64,000 nt of DNA from Octopus bimaculoides (Eukaryota): contig NC_069004.1 in assembly GCF_001194135.2 (NCBI RefSeq), positions 15,412,178 to 15,476,177 of the forward strand, written 5' to 3'. A program made the translations under genes and the position numbers. Positions 12,401 through 26,300 of this stretch are shown here, piece after piece. The notes beneath the pieces are model-generated. The model worked only from the letters and a program-made list of their open reading frames with translations. It had not been told where the DNA came from and did not search any database. How positions within the stretch are numbered: position 1 is the first letter of the stretch; each line of letters begins with the position of its first letter.

Positions 12401-15400
12401 TTTTTTCATAGAACTTTCAGACCCATCATTATCATTATCATTTAACATCTGTTTTCCATGCTGGTATGGGTTGGACAGTTCGACAAGAGCCAGCTAGGCA
12501 GAAGACTGCACCAGGCTTCACTGTTTTGGTACGGTTTTTATGGCTGGATGTCCTTCCTAACACCAACCACTTATGGTTCTGTTTCATAAGCTGTTGTTTG
12601 ACATCTTGACACTAGCCACCGTGAATCGCTTTTAGGTTCCATTTCTTCTGTCTGTTCATTAACCAGCACACATCATGATTCTCAACTCATCCTGTTTGTT
12701 TTCTCCTTTTTTTCCTTTTTTTGTAAATATTTTTTTTAATGATGGTTGGTTTTGGAAGTATGCATATAACCATTCACTATAAAACATGTATGTATAAAAC
12801 ATTTCTAATATAACTCTTCATGAAGGCAGCAAGCTAGCAGAATCATTTGCACACCAGGCAAAATGCTTAGCAGTATTTCAATCCGTCTTCATATTCTGAG
12901 TTCAAATTCCACCAAGGTCGACTTTGCCTTTTATCCTTGACTTCACTGGTACCAGTAGAACGCAAAAAAGCACCCAGTCCACTGTAAAGTGGTTGGCGTT
13001 AGGAAGGGCAGTGAACCGTAAAAACCATGTCAAAGCAGACACTGGAGCTCGATGCAATTCTTAGACACATTGGTTCCAATCAAACCGTCCAACCCATGCC
13101 AGCATGGAACATGGACGTTAAATGATGACGACACAAAAACACACAAAAACTCAACTGTAAGTTTCAAACAGTTGCAGTGAAAACGTCTGCGTGACAAAAT
13201 TGAAGCAATGCAATGAAAATTTTGGAAACACCAAGAAATAAATGAAAAGTTAATAATGAAACGGTTTTCATTTTTTTTTTTTTTGTTCTTCGAGGAAACA
13301 TTCATTGGTTCATACACACACACACTCATACAGACACATGTATAGACATACACACATATTCATATGCGCAGTGTAGCTCGGACGTGATGAACAATTCACA
13401 ACACTTGACACGACCACACTTACGGTAAGCTGTTCACGTGATCTGTTTGTTTACATAGCAACGTGAACTGTCACTTGACAACCGACCAACTCAACATCAG
13501 TGACGTTTCCTAGTTACACGACTTAACACAAGCGATTACGTCATATAAATTCCGAGACAATTTAGAGAACATATTTCGTATGTGTATTTCGTGTGCAAGA
13601 TTCTTGATGTGGATACGTGTGTTGAAAGAAATACAATTAAACCTTGGGAGAGGCATTATGCCGGTAATAAACACACGCACTGGTTCAGTCCTTTATTAAT
13701 TTATATAGTTTTTTGTTAAATTATTTCAGTGGAGAGACAAGTTACTGAAGAGATTGCAAGAGTGCAATGAAATAATTTAACAAAAAACTATATAAATTAA
13801 TAAANNNNNNNNNNNNNNNNNNNNNNNNNNNNNNNNNNNNNNNNNNNNNNNNNNNNNNNNNNNNNNNNNNNNNNNNNNNNNNNNNNNNNNNNNNNNNNNN
13901 NNNNNNNNNNNNNNNNNNNNNNNNNNNNNNNNNNNNNNNNNNNNNNNNNNNNNNNNNNNNNNNNNNNNNNNNNNNNNNNNNNNNNNNNNNNNNNNNNNNN
14001 NNNNNNNNNNNNNNNNNNNNNNNNNNNNNNNNNNNNNNNNNNNNNNNNNNNNNNNNNNNNNNNNNNNNNNNNNNNNNNNNNNNNNNNNNNNNNNNNNNNN
14101 NNNNNNNNNNNNNNNNNNNNNNNNNNNNNNNNNNNNNNNNNNNNNNNNNNNNNNNNNNNNNNNNNNNNNNNNNNNNNNNNNNNNNNNNNNNNNNNNNNNN
14201 NNNNNNNNNNNNNNNNNNNNNNNNNNNNNNNNNNNNNNNNNNNNNTATACTTTGGTGTGTGTATATATATATATATACTTTTGGTTTAGAAACTAAACCA
14301 AAACTGTCCGACGAACGGGAACGTGAAACTCTGAGTAACAGTTTTATTAATAAAGCGTATTACTCTACCTCCGGTATTCGAGTACTATTTTCCACCTTGT
14401 TTCACATTTATGTGCTTACTCTAGCTATCATTAAAATATCAGGTCGTCCGCACTGTCGGAGAGACAAGCGGTATAATTAATTGTAAGAGTGCAAATTGTT
14501 AGAGGTTACAGGTTATCGTCTGTGAATGATTTATTTCAGCGAATAATATCAAGGGTGTCTGAAGATTCTATTAAGGCCACACCGATTTCAGCATGGAGTT
14601 AACTCCACGAATGAGATTTAGCGAAACCCTTGCAATATGAGTGTTTCGTAATAATGTGTTAATCTAACAGTGAGAAGACAAATGTCATTATTTCCGTTTC
14701 CATCTAAGATCAATCGCAATATCATTCGTGTTTTGTTTTATAGACTCTAGAACAATGAAAAGCAGATCCGTTGTCGATAGGATCTGCATTCAAGACATAA
14801 AAGGAAATAAATAAATACCACAAATCATTTTGTCTGACGCTCTACGTATTTAACCAATTCGTAACCCTGGGGTGAAACGAAATTCACATATAAAAATGTA
14901 GATTTTTGTGTGGTTTTTAAAGAAACACCAATTTCTTTTCGCTGTAATAAAAAGAAAGAGCAAATATATTTTATAGGCATTCCTCCTTCAACGTTTAATG
15001 CCCCCCATCCAATTTATGACTACTATTCACGAAAAGGAGGCTTGAGATGCTAGAAATAGCAAACTAACCTCCTGCAAAAAGCATCTCATCGTCTTATAAG
15101 AAGGACACGTTGTACAATGTAGCTATAAATATACGGAAATAATGATCATGGTTGTCACGTCTTTGTCTGCATAATTAAGACTGACCTGGGGCTATAAACA
15201 GCCTACACAAAGACGGAACCTCCACACGGCTACTTGAGTTGCTAAAAATAGCAGCCAAAATTCCGTCGAATTACGACTGTCTTAAAAATGCAAAGATGCA
15301 CAATATAATAAATGCAGTCCTAGATAGAGTGTGTACGATTAACGACATCTTTAACGTTAAACATATTAGTGCTATAGAAAATAACCATATTACTGAGAAT

Positions 15401-17724
15401 TAAAAAGAAAATCTTCAGAGCAGACTTCTTTTTTTTTTAAAGAAAATATCTTTTCTGGTGTCCTTTTTTTTCTTTTAGCAGGCGAAGTATTTTGATGTGT
15501 CTTTATCTGCTGGAACTAGTGAGGGGAAAAATACACGTCTTTAGAGAAAGATTTTGGTTGTTATAGTTAGTTCCACAACATCGCAAAACAGGGAAAACAA
15601 AAACAAAAAAAGACGGAGAATCGAATCGAAGATTTGATTCATCTTCACTTTTCAAACGAAATATTAAACATGAAGTCTCCAAAATATTTTTAACAAACGA
15701 AGCATTTTATATACAAGTAGAATAAATAAAGAAATTACAAAGGTTCAAATTATGATTGAATGACTATTAAACAATATGTGGACGTACAATAATGTAATGA
15801 AAGAGATCTATTATCTAAGTATGACCATTATCTGAATTAAACGACGTAGACATATCGAAAATGTTATTCTAGAAAATAATCAGAATAAAAATCACTTTTA
15901 TTCAAGATAATAACATTTTATCGCTTCTACTTACATGTATATTTTCCGGTAATTTGTGAACTGTAGGAAAAGCTTACGTATTTCGCCATAGCAGTCCTTC
16001 AATGAACAAGCTAAATAGTCGACCTGCAAACAAATACCCTCACTACAGACTTCCAAAAACAAAGGACACGTTGGATAATGTAATTCTGAAAGACAGGATG
16101 GTCATGGCTGAAACGCCTTCAAAGGACTTACTACATTCAATTAGAGAGAATCGTTAGAGCGTCGGACAAGATGCTTTGCGAGATTTAGTCACAGCGCTTT
16201 ACGTTCGGAGTTCAAATTTTGCCGTGGTTAGATTAGGCTTCCATATTTTCGGGGGTCGATAAAATAAAAATATCAGTCACGTACTTACTTCTTCGATGTA
16301 TCCTGGATGTAAATGGAATTATAAATAATAGAAATCGAACTAGGACCGACCGGAGACTAAACAACAACAACAACAACGACAGTAACATTAATTCACAGAT
16401 TGTCACGTTTGCAACCGAGGAAGTGATTTCATGCTGAATAATCAGACATTAAACGAAAGATAATAACACATGTTTCCAGTAGAAGTATTAACATATATAT
16501 TTACCCGATCATGAAATGGCGAAAGATCGATTCCAGCTTACTTCGACACATAATCGATACGGAAGAAAACAAAAGAAATACGGCAATCTGGTTTACGACA
16601 TCTCGATTTACGACAATTAAGATTTTGATTTATGGTAGACCTACTGCAAAAAGAAACCCGATCTTTTGACTACATTTTGGGACAACACATTTTATCGCAT
16701 TTGGACAGTGACACACATTAAACTATTTAGAAAAACAAGAAATCCTTTCATAAATAAAGTAGGACTTGTGTGTGTCTGTGTATATATATGTAGAAAGACT
16801 TCCGCCCCCTCCCCATTTTCTCCCAAATTTATTTATTAAAAAAATTTTTTTTTTGCCCAAAACCCCCCTTTTTGAATATGGAGGTTCCGAAAAATTGCCA
16901 AAAATCGGCATTGTTAAATTCCACCACCTTCCCCCCTCCAATTCTTCAATTTTGACTTTTTTCGCCAACACTCACCCTAACCATNNNNNNNNNNNNNNNN
17001 NNNNNNNNNNNNNNNNNNNNNNNNNNNNNNNNNNNNNNNNNNNNNNNNNNNNNNNNNNNNNNNNNNNNNNNNNNNNNNNNNNNNNNNNNNNNNNNNNNNN
17101 NNNNNNNNNNNNNNNNNNNNNNNNNNNNNNNNNNNNNNNNNNNNNNNNNNNNNNNNNNNNNNNNNNNNNNNNNNNNNNNNNNNNNNNNNNNNNNNNNNNN
17201 NNNNNNNNNNNNNNNNNNNNNNNNNNNNNNNNNNNNNNNNNNNNNNNNNNNNNNNNNNNATAGTAGAAGACACTTGCATAATACGCCACTCAGTGGCACT
17301 GAACCCAGAACTATGCGGTTGGGAAGCAAGCCTCTAACTACACAGCCATGCCTACATATATATAATCATCATCGTTTAATGTCCATGTTCCATGTTGGTA
17401 TGAGTAGGACAGTTGATTGAATCTGAAGGGCCCAAGAATTGCATCATGCTCCAGGATCTGCTTTGGTATGGTTTCTATGGTTGGATGCCCTTTCTAACAC
17501 CAAACACATTACATGTAGTGGGTTTGTTTTCCATGCCGCCCACACTTGTGAAACCACCATGTAGTTTGCAAGACTTTGAACCTCGAAGGAGGAACTTTAT
17601 GCTATGGGATAATATGAGAGAAGAGGCCAGAGAAGGCCTGGTTTCTTGCTGTAGAGGAACGACATGACTACTCACATTTTGAAAGGCAGGGTAAGAATGA
17701 TCAAATGAAGCTGAAGCCATAAAT

Positions 17725-17895
17725 AAATAGACACAGGCATGGCTGTGTAGTAAGAAGCTTGCTTCCTAACTACATGGTTTCAGGTTCAGTCCTACAGTAT
17801 GACACCTTGGGCAAGTGTCTTCCACTATAGCCTTGAGCTGACCAAAGCCTTGTGAGTGGATTTATTAGGCAGACAGAAACTGAAAGCAGCCCATC

Positions 17896-17936
<41 letters not shown>

Positions 17937-18010
17937 TATTCTTTTACTTGTTTCAGTCATTTGACTGCGGCCATTCTGGAGCACCACTTTTAGTCAAGCA
18001 AATCAACCCC
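17725..18010. mobile_element. CORE-type SINE fragments around a (TA)n tract
   Basis: tRNA-like head plus CACCTTGGGCAAGTGTC core; family tail sequence after the (TA)n. Confidence 0.75.
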
Positions 18011-18015
18011 AGGAC

Positions 18016-18430
18016 TTATTCACATTTTCCTTCTGTCAGTTTTAGAACATATCCATGTATTCTCTCAAATACATTCTTTACGTGTTCGATATGTTGCACC
18101 CAAGACTCGCTCTTTATCAGAATGTCATCTAGGTATACGATGGTGAAGTCGCAATCACTTAACATCGCATCCATTATTTGTTGGATTATAGTGGGTGCCA
18201 CTTTTACTCTAAATAGCAGTCGTTTGAACTTGTACAGTCCCTGGTGTGTGTTGATTGTTAGTAGATTATGTAATTTTCTAACTAAATTTGAAGGTACACC
18301 TCTGATCAATCTGGTACCAGACAAGGATTCTGGATTATTTTTTATATTTACTTTACATGATTACAATCTTACGTTGACTTTCAAGTCTTTCTCAATTATC
18401 TCTCTGTAGGCTATTTCCAAAGTTTTATTT
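18016..18430 (-). mobile_element. Ty3/Gypsy LTR-retrotransposon RT fragment
   Basis: LLTINTHQGLYKFKRLLFRVKVAPTIIQQIMDAML...IVYLDDILI...HIEHVKNVFERI (YLDD catalytic motif). Confidence 0.9.
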
Positions 18431-19569
18431 TCATTTCTCTATTATTAATTTTACTCGCATCTTTATCTTAGTAGAAACTGACGGATAAAGAAATCAAACT
18501 ACATAAACAGCAGCAAAACTGTTCAGTAATTAAATAACACTAACATATTTTTATAATATATATATATTATATATTATACATACATATTAACACTTTACAG
18601 TATACTTACATATATATCAATTAGAAAATGGAGGATAATATGCTGTACCCAACGATTTGCAGACAGTGTATCCCGTTGAATTCATTAACTTAATTTGTAA
18701 CTAAAGTGACAAAAAACCACAAAGTACAAGTGTTTATGACAAACCATGTTATATTGACAACCGGGTTTACAAATAAAAGTACGTAAGGAATTTGAAAATA
18801 AATATAAACTTAATCTTACAGCTGTTTCGGCCTAGCGTTGGCATGCCCCATTCTATCCGAACGCTAACCCTAACCCTAACCCTCTTAGGTCATGAATGAC
18901 AATGGGATTCCACCTACAAAGTTCTCCTCCAAGGCACAAGTCCGGGCAAGGTTGTTTATGGAAAACCAGCAGTCACCCATAAATACCAGCCTCCCCTTTC
19001 CACACCACCAATGTTATCCATGGGAAAGGCAAAGGCCGATGCAGCTTGGTACCAGTGACATTGCAAATCATTTCTGCAGCTGAGTGAACTAGAGCAACAT
19101 GAAATAAAGTATCTTGGTCAAGAACACAGCACACAACCCAGTCCAGGAATCATACTCACTACCTTATGATTGTGAACCTGATGCTCTAGACCACTGAACC
19201 ATGCACCTTCACTGTCTTACTATATTACACTAATTATAAGATGTTTTCTATTGCCTTTTCTTTACACTCCTGAGGTAAGATTACCCCTGCTTAAGCCAGC
19301 CATACATTGAAAAATCCATTAAATTTAGTTATAAAAATAAGGAAGAAGAATTTAATATGAATGGAGAATTCAAAAATTCTACTTATGTTTATGAAATCTG
19401 ACCCCCAAAATGTGTAAAACAAACATTAACAAACAATGATTACTTCAAACACAGATTATGGTGGAGGGAACTGTCAGTTAAATTGTTCAATTTCCACTGA
19501 AGTCAGCTTTGCCTTTCATCCTTTTGGGGTCAATAAATTGAGTACCAATGAAGGACTGGGGTTGATGTA

Positions 19570-19930
19570 ATCAATGGCAGTGTGGTTAGAAGCTGACTTC
19601 CTAACCCCAGAGTTCTGGGTTCAGTGCCACTGCATGGCACCTTAGGTTAGTACCTTCCATGCAGCTTCAGGCAGACCTAGGCTTTGCGAGTGGATTTGGT
19701 AGTCAGAAACTGAAAGAAACCCATCGAATACATATGTATATGTGTGTGTCTCTGTCTGTGTTTGTCCACCGCCACCACCACTCAACAACTGCTGTTGATG
19801 TGTTTACGTACCCCCTAACTTAGCAGTGCGGCAAAAAAGACCAATAAAAAAATTGCCTGACTTAACAATAAGTACTGTAGATGGTTCATCAACTAGAAAT
19901 TCAAGGCGGTGCCCCAGCATGGCCACAGTC
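19570..19930 (+). mobile_element. CORE-type tRNA SINE
   Basis: Head, core and tail match the 54681-55188 family. Confidence 0.75.
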
Positions 19931-20219
19931 TAAAATTTGAGAAAGCGTGGAAATTTTAGGATTTATGGGTAGAGGAGGGAATTAAGAAAATTAGAATTTT
20001 TTTTCTGTTTTTTGCCTAATCGTATGAATTCGCAAAAATTTTCTGCCAATTCCAAAAAATAAAGAAGTTATAAACCAGAATTCTGCCAAATTAATAACAC
20101 CAGTAACTTCAACAATAAGATATTTACTGACAATTTATTTCTTAAGACTTAAAGGTTGCAGGATTAACGAACAAAATAGCTAGTTCTAAAATCTCTAAAC
20201 GATATAAGTAGTAACAATA

Positions 20220-20352
20220 CTAGACAGTAACGTTTATTGGCCACTACAACATGGCTGTTCTATAAAGGACTATGTTACTACATTTTAAACCCAGAAAAAC
20301 GTCTTTTCCAGCTGGTTAACAGCACACTACCTGTGTCCAAAATACTGTGAGT
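20220..20352 (+). promoter_or_regulatory. Putative promoter / non-coding first exon of PHYHD1
   Basis: Locally CpG-rich stretch with YY1-like AACATGGC near 20249 and donor ACT|gtgagt at 20347; coding exon 1 has an upstream acceptor, so a 5' UTR exon is expected. Boundaries approximate. Confidence 0.35.
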
Positions 20353-23283
20353 ACGGGAGCGAATCACTCCCCCTCCAGCTTGGCAAAACCAGTGCCCGAC
20401 CCAAGGATTATTTCTTTAATTCTCTCTTCCCTCTCTCTCTCTCTCTCTCTCTCAATAGTTTTGCTTTCAATTCCGTTTCCTCTGTTTTAACTTTTGGTTT
20501 CCGGTTTCGCGTACCTGACAACAGCAACAATTAATTTTATGTAAGATTCATTATTCTTATCTAAAAAAAATATACTGTTTTTTCTTTCCTCGCTTAAATA
20601 TCGTAAAATTATCTGACCGAAAATATTCTTTATGATATGGATGTTTCACCCAATAACAGTGGCAAAAGCAGAAATTTCAAACATCCACGTTTCGTTCTGT
20701 ACTCTTCCTCTCCCTCCTGTCTCTCGTACACTTGCCCTCACACACGTGCGCGCACACTACCTTTTCTCTTGCAATCAGCCTATAACAGCTGTTATGTTTG
20801 TTATATCAGGAGCCACTTGTAAAGCGCGGCTTAGAAAACACGTATCATATAAACATTTCTTCGTTATAATGTAGTCCTAGAAAAAGACAGGAGTGTCACG
20901 ACTAGAATACCTTTGATCATGGCTCTGTTCAGTCAGGTTTGACCTGGGGTTAAAACAACAGTAAGTAAACACTGGAGCGAACGAAGAAGCCTGTAGGTGA
21001 TCGTTTCCCCTTTTAGAAATAGCAACTAAAATCCCTCAAATCATACGCTTTCGTATTAGTAATGGAAAAATATTGGTGTTGTATTATGTAAGTCTAAGTA
21101 TTACGAAGAGAACGTATTTGATTAAATGTCCGTTAAATCAGAGACGATATAGCTCTAAATGTAAATAAAACGAGAGAGAGAGATTTTAATCAACGAAGGC
21201 AAACTACTAGTTTTCTCTTTCGGAGTTTGTCGAGTCCCTTGATCTGAGAGCATGTGATGAAACTAAAGATAATTACATCATGGAAGAGCCAGTTTGGTCA
21301 TAAAATAAACAAAACATAAAATTGTTAAAATTTACTTTTCGTAGCACTGTCTATTATGAAATATCAGACAGTTTCATTGAACTTCTGCCAATAGGTGACT
21401 GACATAATTCCATTGCAGCTGTTTGGTGATTCCATTATCTTGTCATCTCCTGAAATGGCCAATATGTTCTGTTACAGAGGACTGACCCTTGCACGTATTA
21501 TCTAAACATGCTGAAATATTGGTTTCAAATTTTGGCAGGTCAGCAATTTTGGGGGAGGGGCTAAGTCGATTAGATCGACTCCAGAGCTCAACTGATACTT
21601 GTTTTATCGACTTCGAGAGGATCACAGGTAAAGTCGACACCTCGGTGGTATTTGAACTCAGAATGTAAAAACAGACGAAATGCCGCTAAGCATTTAGCCC
21701 AGCGTGCTAATGGTTCTTTTCTACTATAGGCTCAAGGCCTGACATTTGGGGGAGAGGCCACAAGCAGGCAGCCACAAATGACAAACTGCTAGAGAGAGAA
21801 AGAAGGTTACCATCAGCCAACTATGAGACTATATAACTTTCACTAGCTTAATTTCTTTTCTCTTACAACATCACACTATCACTATCTATTGTTTACTACT
21901 ACAATAAGAACGTGTACACACATACAGGCTGAAATTAACTTTCTTAACCTCGCATGCTCTTTCAATTATATCACACCTGCCCACCGAAGAAGAGCATTAT
22001 ATTAAGTAACAGTAAATAGATATTTCTTTACAACTTCGATCACTGTTCTTTTTCCATCACTGCTTGACAACCGGTGTTCATGTGTTTACATCCCTGTAAC
22101 CTAGTGGTTCAGCACAAGTGACTGATAGAATAAGTACTAGGATTAAAAACTAAGTCCTGGGTTTGATTCAATCGACTAAAACGCTTCAGGGTGGGGCTCC
22201 AGCATGGCCACAGTCAAATGACTGAAACAAGTAAAAGAATAAAAGACTAGAAATTGCAACTGCTGGTTCAGTAATTTGCCAGCTCCACTATTCAATCCTC
22301 AGAAGAGGAGAGGCTGGTAAAAAGTCAGACTTGCTATCTTCAATTCAGCAACCAAACAGTTGATGGTGGACATATATGCTAAAATAGAGATAGAAAGATT
22401 AGGCTTTGTTCAAAGAGACTGGAAGAGGATAGAAGGATCACATCCACCCTCAAAGTCAAAATCTGCTGAATTTTAACTCAGAACTTAAATACAAGGTATT
22501 TTGTTGTTGTTGTTGGGGATATTTTCAGGTTTTATGAAATCTTGAACCTTCCCCAGTAAGTTTAATTCGTGAGAAAAAAAGAGTCACAAGTTCAATTCTC
22601 ACAGTGCTTCATCTTCAAAGCCCCTGTATCCATAACACTCGCAGACAGATACTGGTGCCACAATCTCTCATTGTCTACCTTGACACCTTCTCCCAGATGA
22701 TGACATGGTTCAAAGCACAATTTGAACCCTGACATGAAATTCGAGCCCAGAACACAAGAAGACCAGAAAAGCCACTACAAAGCATCTTGTCTTATGTTCA
22801 AATAATTCTATCATTCCACCACACTGAACTGGCAGAATTATTTATTCAACTCTTTAAAATGGTTGGCATTAGGAAGGGCATCCGGCTGTAGAAACAGTGC
22901 CAAAGCAGATTATGGAACCTGGTGTGGCTCCTGGCCTTGCCAACTCCTATCAAACTGTCCCATACAAGCATAGAAAACAGACAGTAAATGAAATGATGAA
23001 GAAAATGATGTAAAGCAAAGTTGACCTGAGTGGGGTTTGAACTTATAATGCAGAGAGCCAGAACAATTCACTGTTTATATATTAATCAGATACAACAAAC
23101 TCTTGGCCCCATTGTTGAATTAATTCTGGGTAGATTTTGCTTTGTTTACAACACCCCTTGCTATTCATTTGAACTTTGATAAACTATAATGTGATAAGTT
23201 ATCATTTAGGTCACCTTTAACATAATTTCTTCTGTGCAGGTTTCTCCAGTCATTTTTGGTGCTGAAAAAGTAATAAACACATC

Positions 23284-23307
23284 ATGAATGCTGAACAAAT
23301 TAAAAAG
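23284..23307 (+). CDS. PHYHD1: PHYHD1 coding exon 1 (MNAEQIKK)
   Basis: Acceptor tgcag ending 23239; in-frame TGA upstream of ATG; donor gtattt; joins in phase 0 to FNDEG. Confidence 0.8.
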
Positions 23308-26300
23308 GTATTTAATTGAATTTAATTTAGCTCTTAGAAGGCAAATTATGAGTAAAAACCAAAAAAAAACTACAACAGTAACAAATATTCTTTTGTACTC
23401 TAGGCACAAGGCCCGAAAATTTTTAGGGAGGAGGCCAGTCAATTAGATCGACTCCAGTACGCAACTGGTATTTAATTTATCAGCCCTGAAAGGATGAAAG
23501 GCAAAGTCGACCATGGCAGAATTTGAACTCAGAATGTAAAGACAAACGAAAATACCACTAAGCATTTTGCCCAGTGTGCTAACACTTCTGCCAGCTCGCC
23601 GTCTTCTTTTCTACTATAGTCACAAGGCCTGAAATTTGGAGGGAGGGGACTAGTCGATTACTTCGACCCCACAACAGTAACAAATATTACACCATCTTTA
23701 AGTAAACAACAAGATATCAATGATATCAATGATATGTTGGGGTGTGGGGGTTACATGTAATTTTCCCTCCAAATTACCCCCTTCTGATTCCATGCAGATT
23801 CCTTGGATCCTTTAATTTAGTTTTTAGTTTTGTTAACTTATAAGAGAAATGATAATATTGTAACACTAATAATATTCTTTCCTACAGTGTATTAGAAAAG
23901 AATTCAACAGTATTCAATCTATCCTTCCTTGTGTTATTCATTCTGCTCTCCAAACATTAACTAAAATATGTCGCCTTTTTTACCTTTACTTGAAATTAAT
24001 TTCTGAAATCATCATTTGGCTATCAATATTCTATTTACTTAGTCATATCGAATATGTACCTTCAGTTATTTCTCAAAACTTTTAATTTAAAAACTATCCT
24101 AAATCTTCCTTTTGGATTTTTTGTTTCGTACATTTTTCAGTTGCTTTCATGTTTATAATGAAATTTTATACATTGAAGCTGTGAAATTTTTCTGAAGACA
24201 TCATTATTTTTAAAAAAAATTAATAATAAAATTAAAGATTAAAGGTTAATGTGATTTTTTTTCTTTATATATATTTACAATTCTGTATTGATGGAATATC
24301 AGTTCTTTTTACAACATGCAGGATGAAACAAAATCATTTTATTTTTCATCTTAAAAATCAATTTTATAAAAACTAAAGGGTAAATTAAAACCTGTTTAGA
24401 AATTTAGCAGTTTCTCTTGTAGCAAACATATAGACAATAAGATTTCACACCTCCCCATTCAGAAACGTTATGGCCTGTGACAACTGATCTCTTGAAAATT
24501 CGTAAATGGATGTTTTTTTTTTTTGTTTTATAGGATGGAGTTTATCATCCCTTTTACTTTTTATTTGGTATGGAAATTATCTTAGATATGATGACTTCTT
24601 TAAATAAAATGTTGGTTTGAAAACAAGGAGAGTATATTCCATTAGAAATATAAGAAATAGGGAGGTGGGGGAAGTTGAAACTGTGTATATGTGGGTGCAT
24701 ATATGCATCTTTGCATGTATATGTACCTCTGGGTATGTAAATGTGTGTGTATGTATATATGCATGGATATATATATATACTTCAAAAATTTAATAAAAAC
24801 ACGAGTGGGCAAGGGAATAGAGGGGGAAGTTTCATAAGAATGTGAAGGGAGATGGTTCGAGATGGGATAGAGATGACTGTAGTAAGTGATGGTGAAAGAA
24901 ATGGGAGTGGCACAGGAGTGGGGGTCAGGGTTAGATATGTGAGGGCAAAAGGAGTGATAGCAGATGAGAGAGATATTAAGGATGGAGTATAGCAGAGGGG
25001 AAAGAAAGTAATGGAATGGAGTATATCTTAGGGGAGAGAGAGAGAGCAGTGGGTGGAGGTATATGAAGGAGGTGATTGGTGGAAACAGTGGACAGGGAAG
25101 ATAATGATACATGGAGGTGGTTCTGGGGTGAGGAAGAGGAAGGTAACCAAAGGGAGGAGATGAAGTATGTACCTCTTCTGCTTTCAGGTGTTTATGGCAC
25201 CCAAATAATGCTATGAATAGAGAAGGAATGAGATGTGAGAGAAATGCTTGGCGGGGCAGAGAGAATGGAGGTGGAACTCAGCCCTGCATATACAAGTATT
25301 TACCAAGCACTGGTGATGGTGCCACATAAAAAGCACCCAGTACACTCTATAAAGTGGTTGATGTTAGGTAAGGCATCCAGCCATAGAAACTAAGTCAAAA
25401 CAGACTATGGAACCTGGTACAGCCCTCAGCCTTTCCAGTTCCTGTGAAGCCATCCAACCCATGCTAGCATGGAAAATGATGATGAAGTGTGTTGGGGGTT
25501 GAATCTTTACCAATCAGTTGAATGATCTCAATAAATTCTGCATTAATGTTATTAAGCTGGTACGGAGGAACTTATAAGTATCTGTCACTAAATATAAAAA
25601 ATATGTTTTCATAATTTTTTAGCTGATCTTCAGGTAAATCCATCTGCTCTGATTAATTTGTGTTTGTTGTGATATTTTTTTTTAATTTAAATTTTAAAGT
25701 TAACATTTCCAATTTTGAAAAATATAATTCTTTTATAATTGTTAAAATATATTGACATGAATTTTAAAATACCTTTACTGTAGTATTTCTAATTTTCATA
25801 ATTTATTTTCAGTTTAATGATGAAGGAGTTTTGGTAATTCCAGACTTTCTGTCTCCAGCTACAATTGAGGATTTACGAGATGAATGTTCTAAGATTTTAG
25901 ACAAAATTGACGACTCTGAGAATTTGTCTATCTTTGATACTGATAAAGTATGTCTTCATTTTAGTCTTTGTTTGTTTGTTTGTTTTAACAGAAATTTCTT
26001 CCAATTTAACCCTTTTGCATTTATAGGAACTGTCTCCAACCTAAATAACTCTCTGTTTTATCTTCAAACTGGCCAGATCCAGCCTCTCACACTTGTCCTA
26101 CAATATTATTCTAAAAATAAACAATCATGTCATCAGTGTCTGCTTTGGCATAGTTTCTATTGCTGAATGCCGTTCCTAATGCCAACCCAGCTATTGAAGC
26201 TATGCCAAAGCAGATACTAGATCCTGATGCAGTCCTTGGACCATTTAGATTACAAAGTTATTTACCAGTTTCAAACTTGCCAGTTACTGATTCTTTTGCA

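Noticed and set aside
16766-17329. ORFs of 100-165 aa
   Set aside because: Mostly X from an N gap; the flank looks like low-quality read end.
24642-25112. 156-aa minus-strand ORF
   Set aside because: Low-complexity purine/pyrimidine-biased repeat; no domain.
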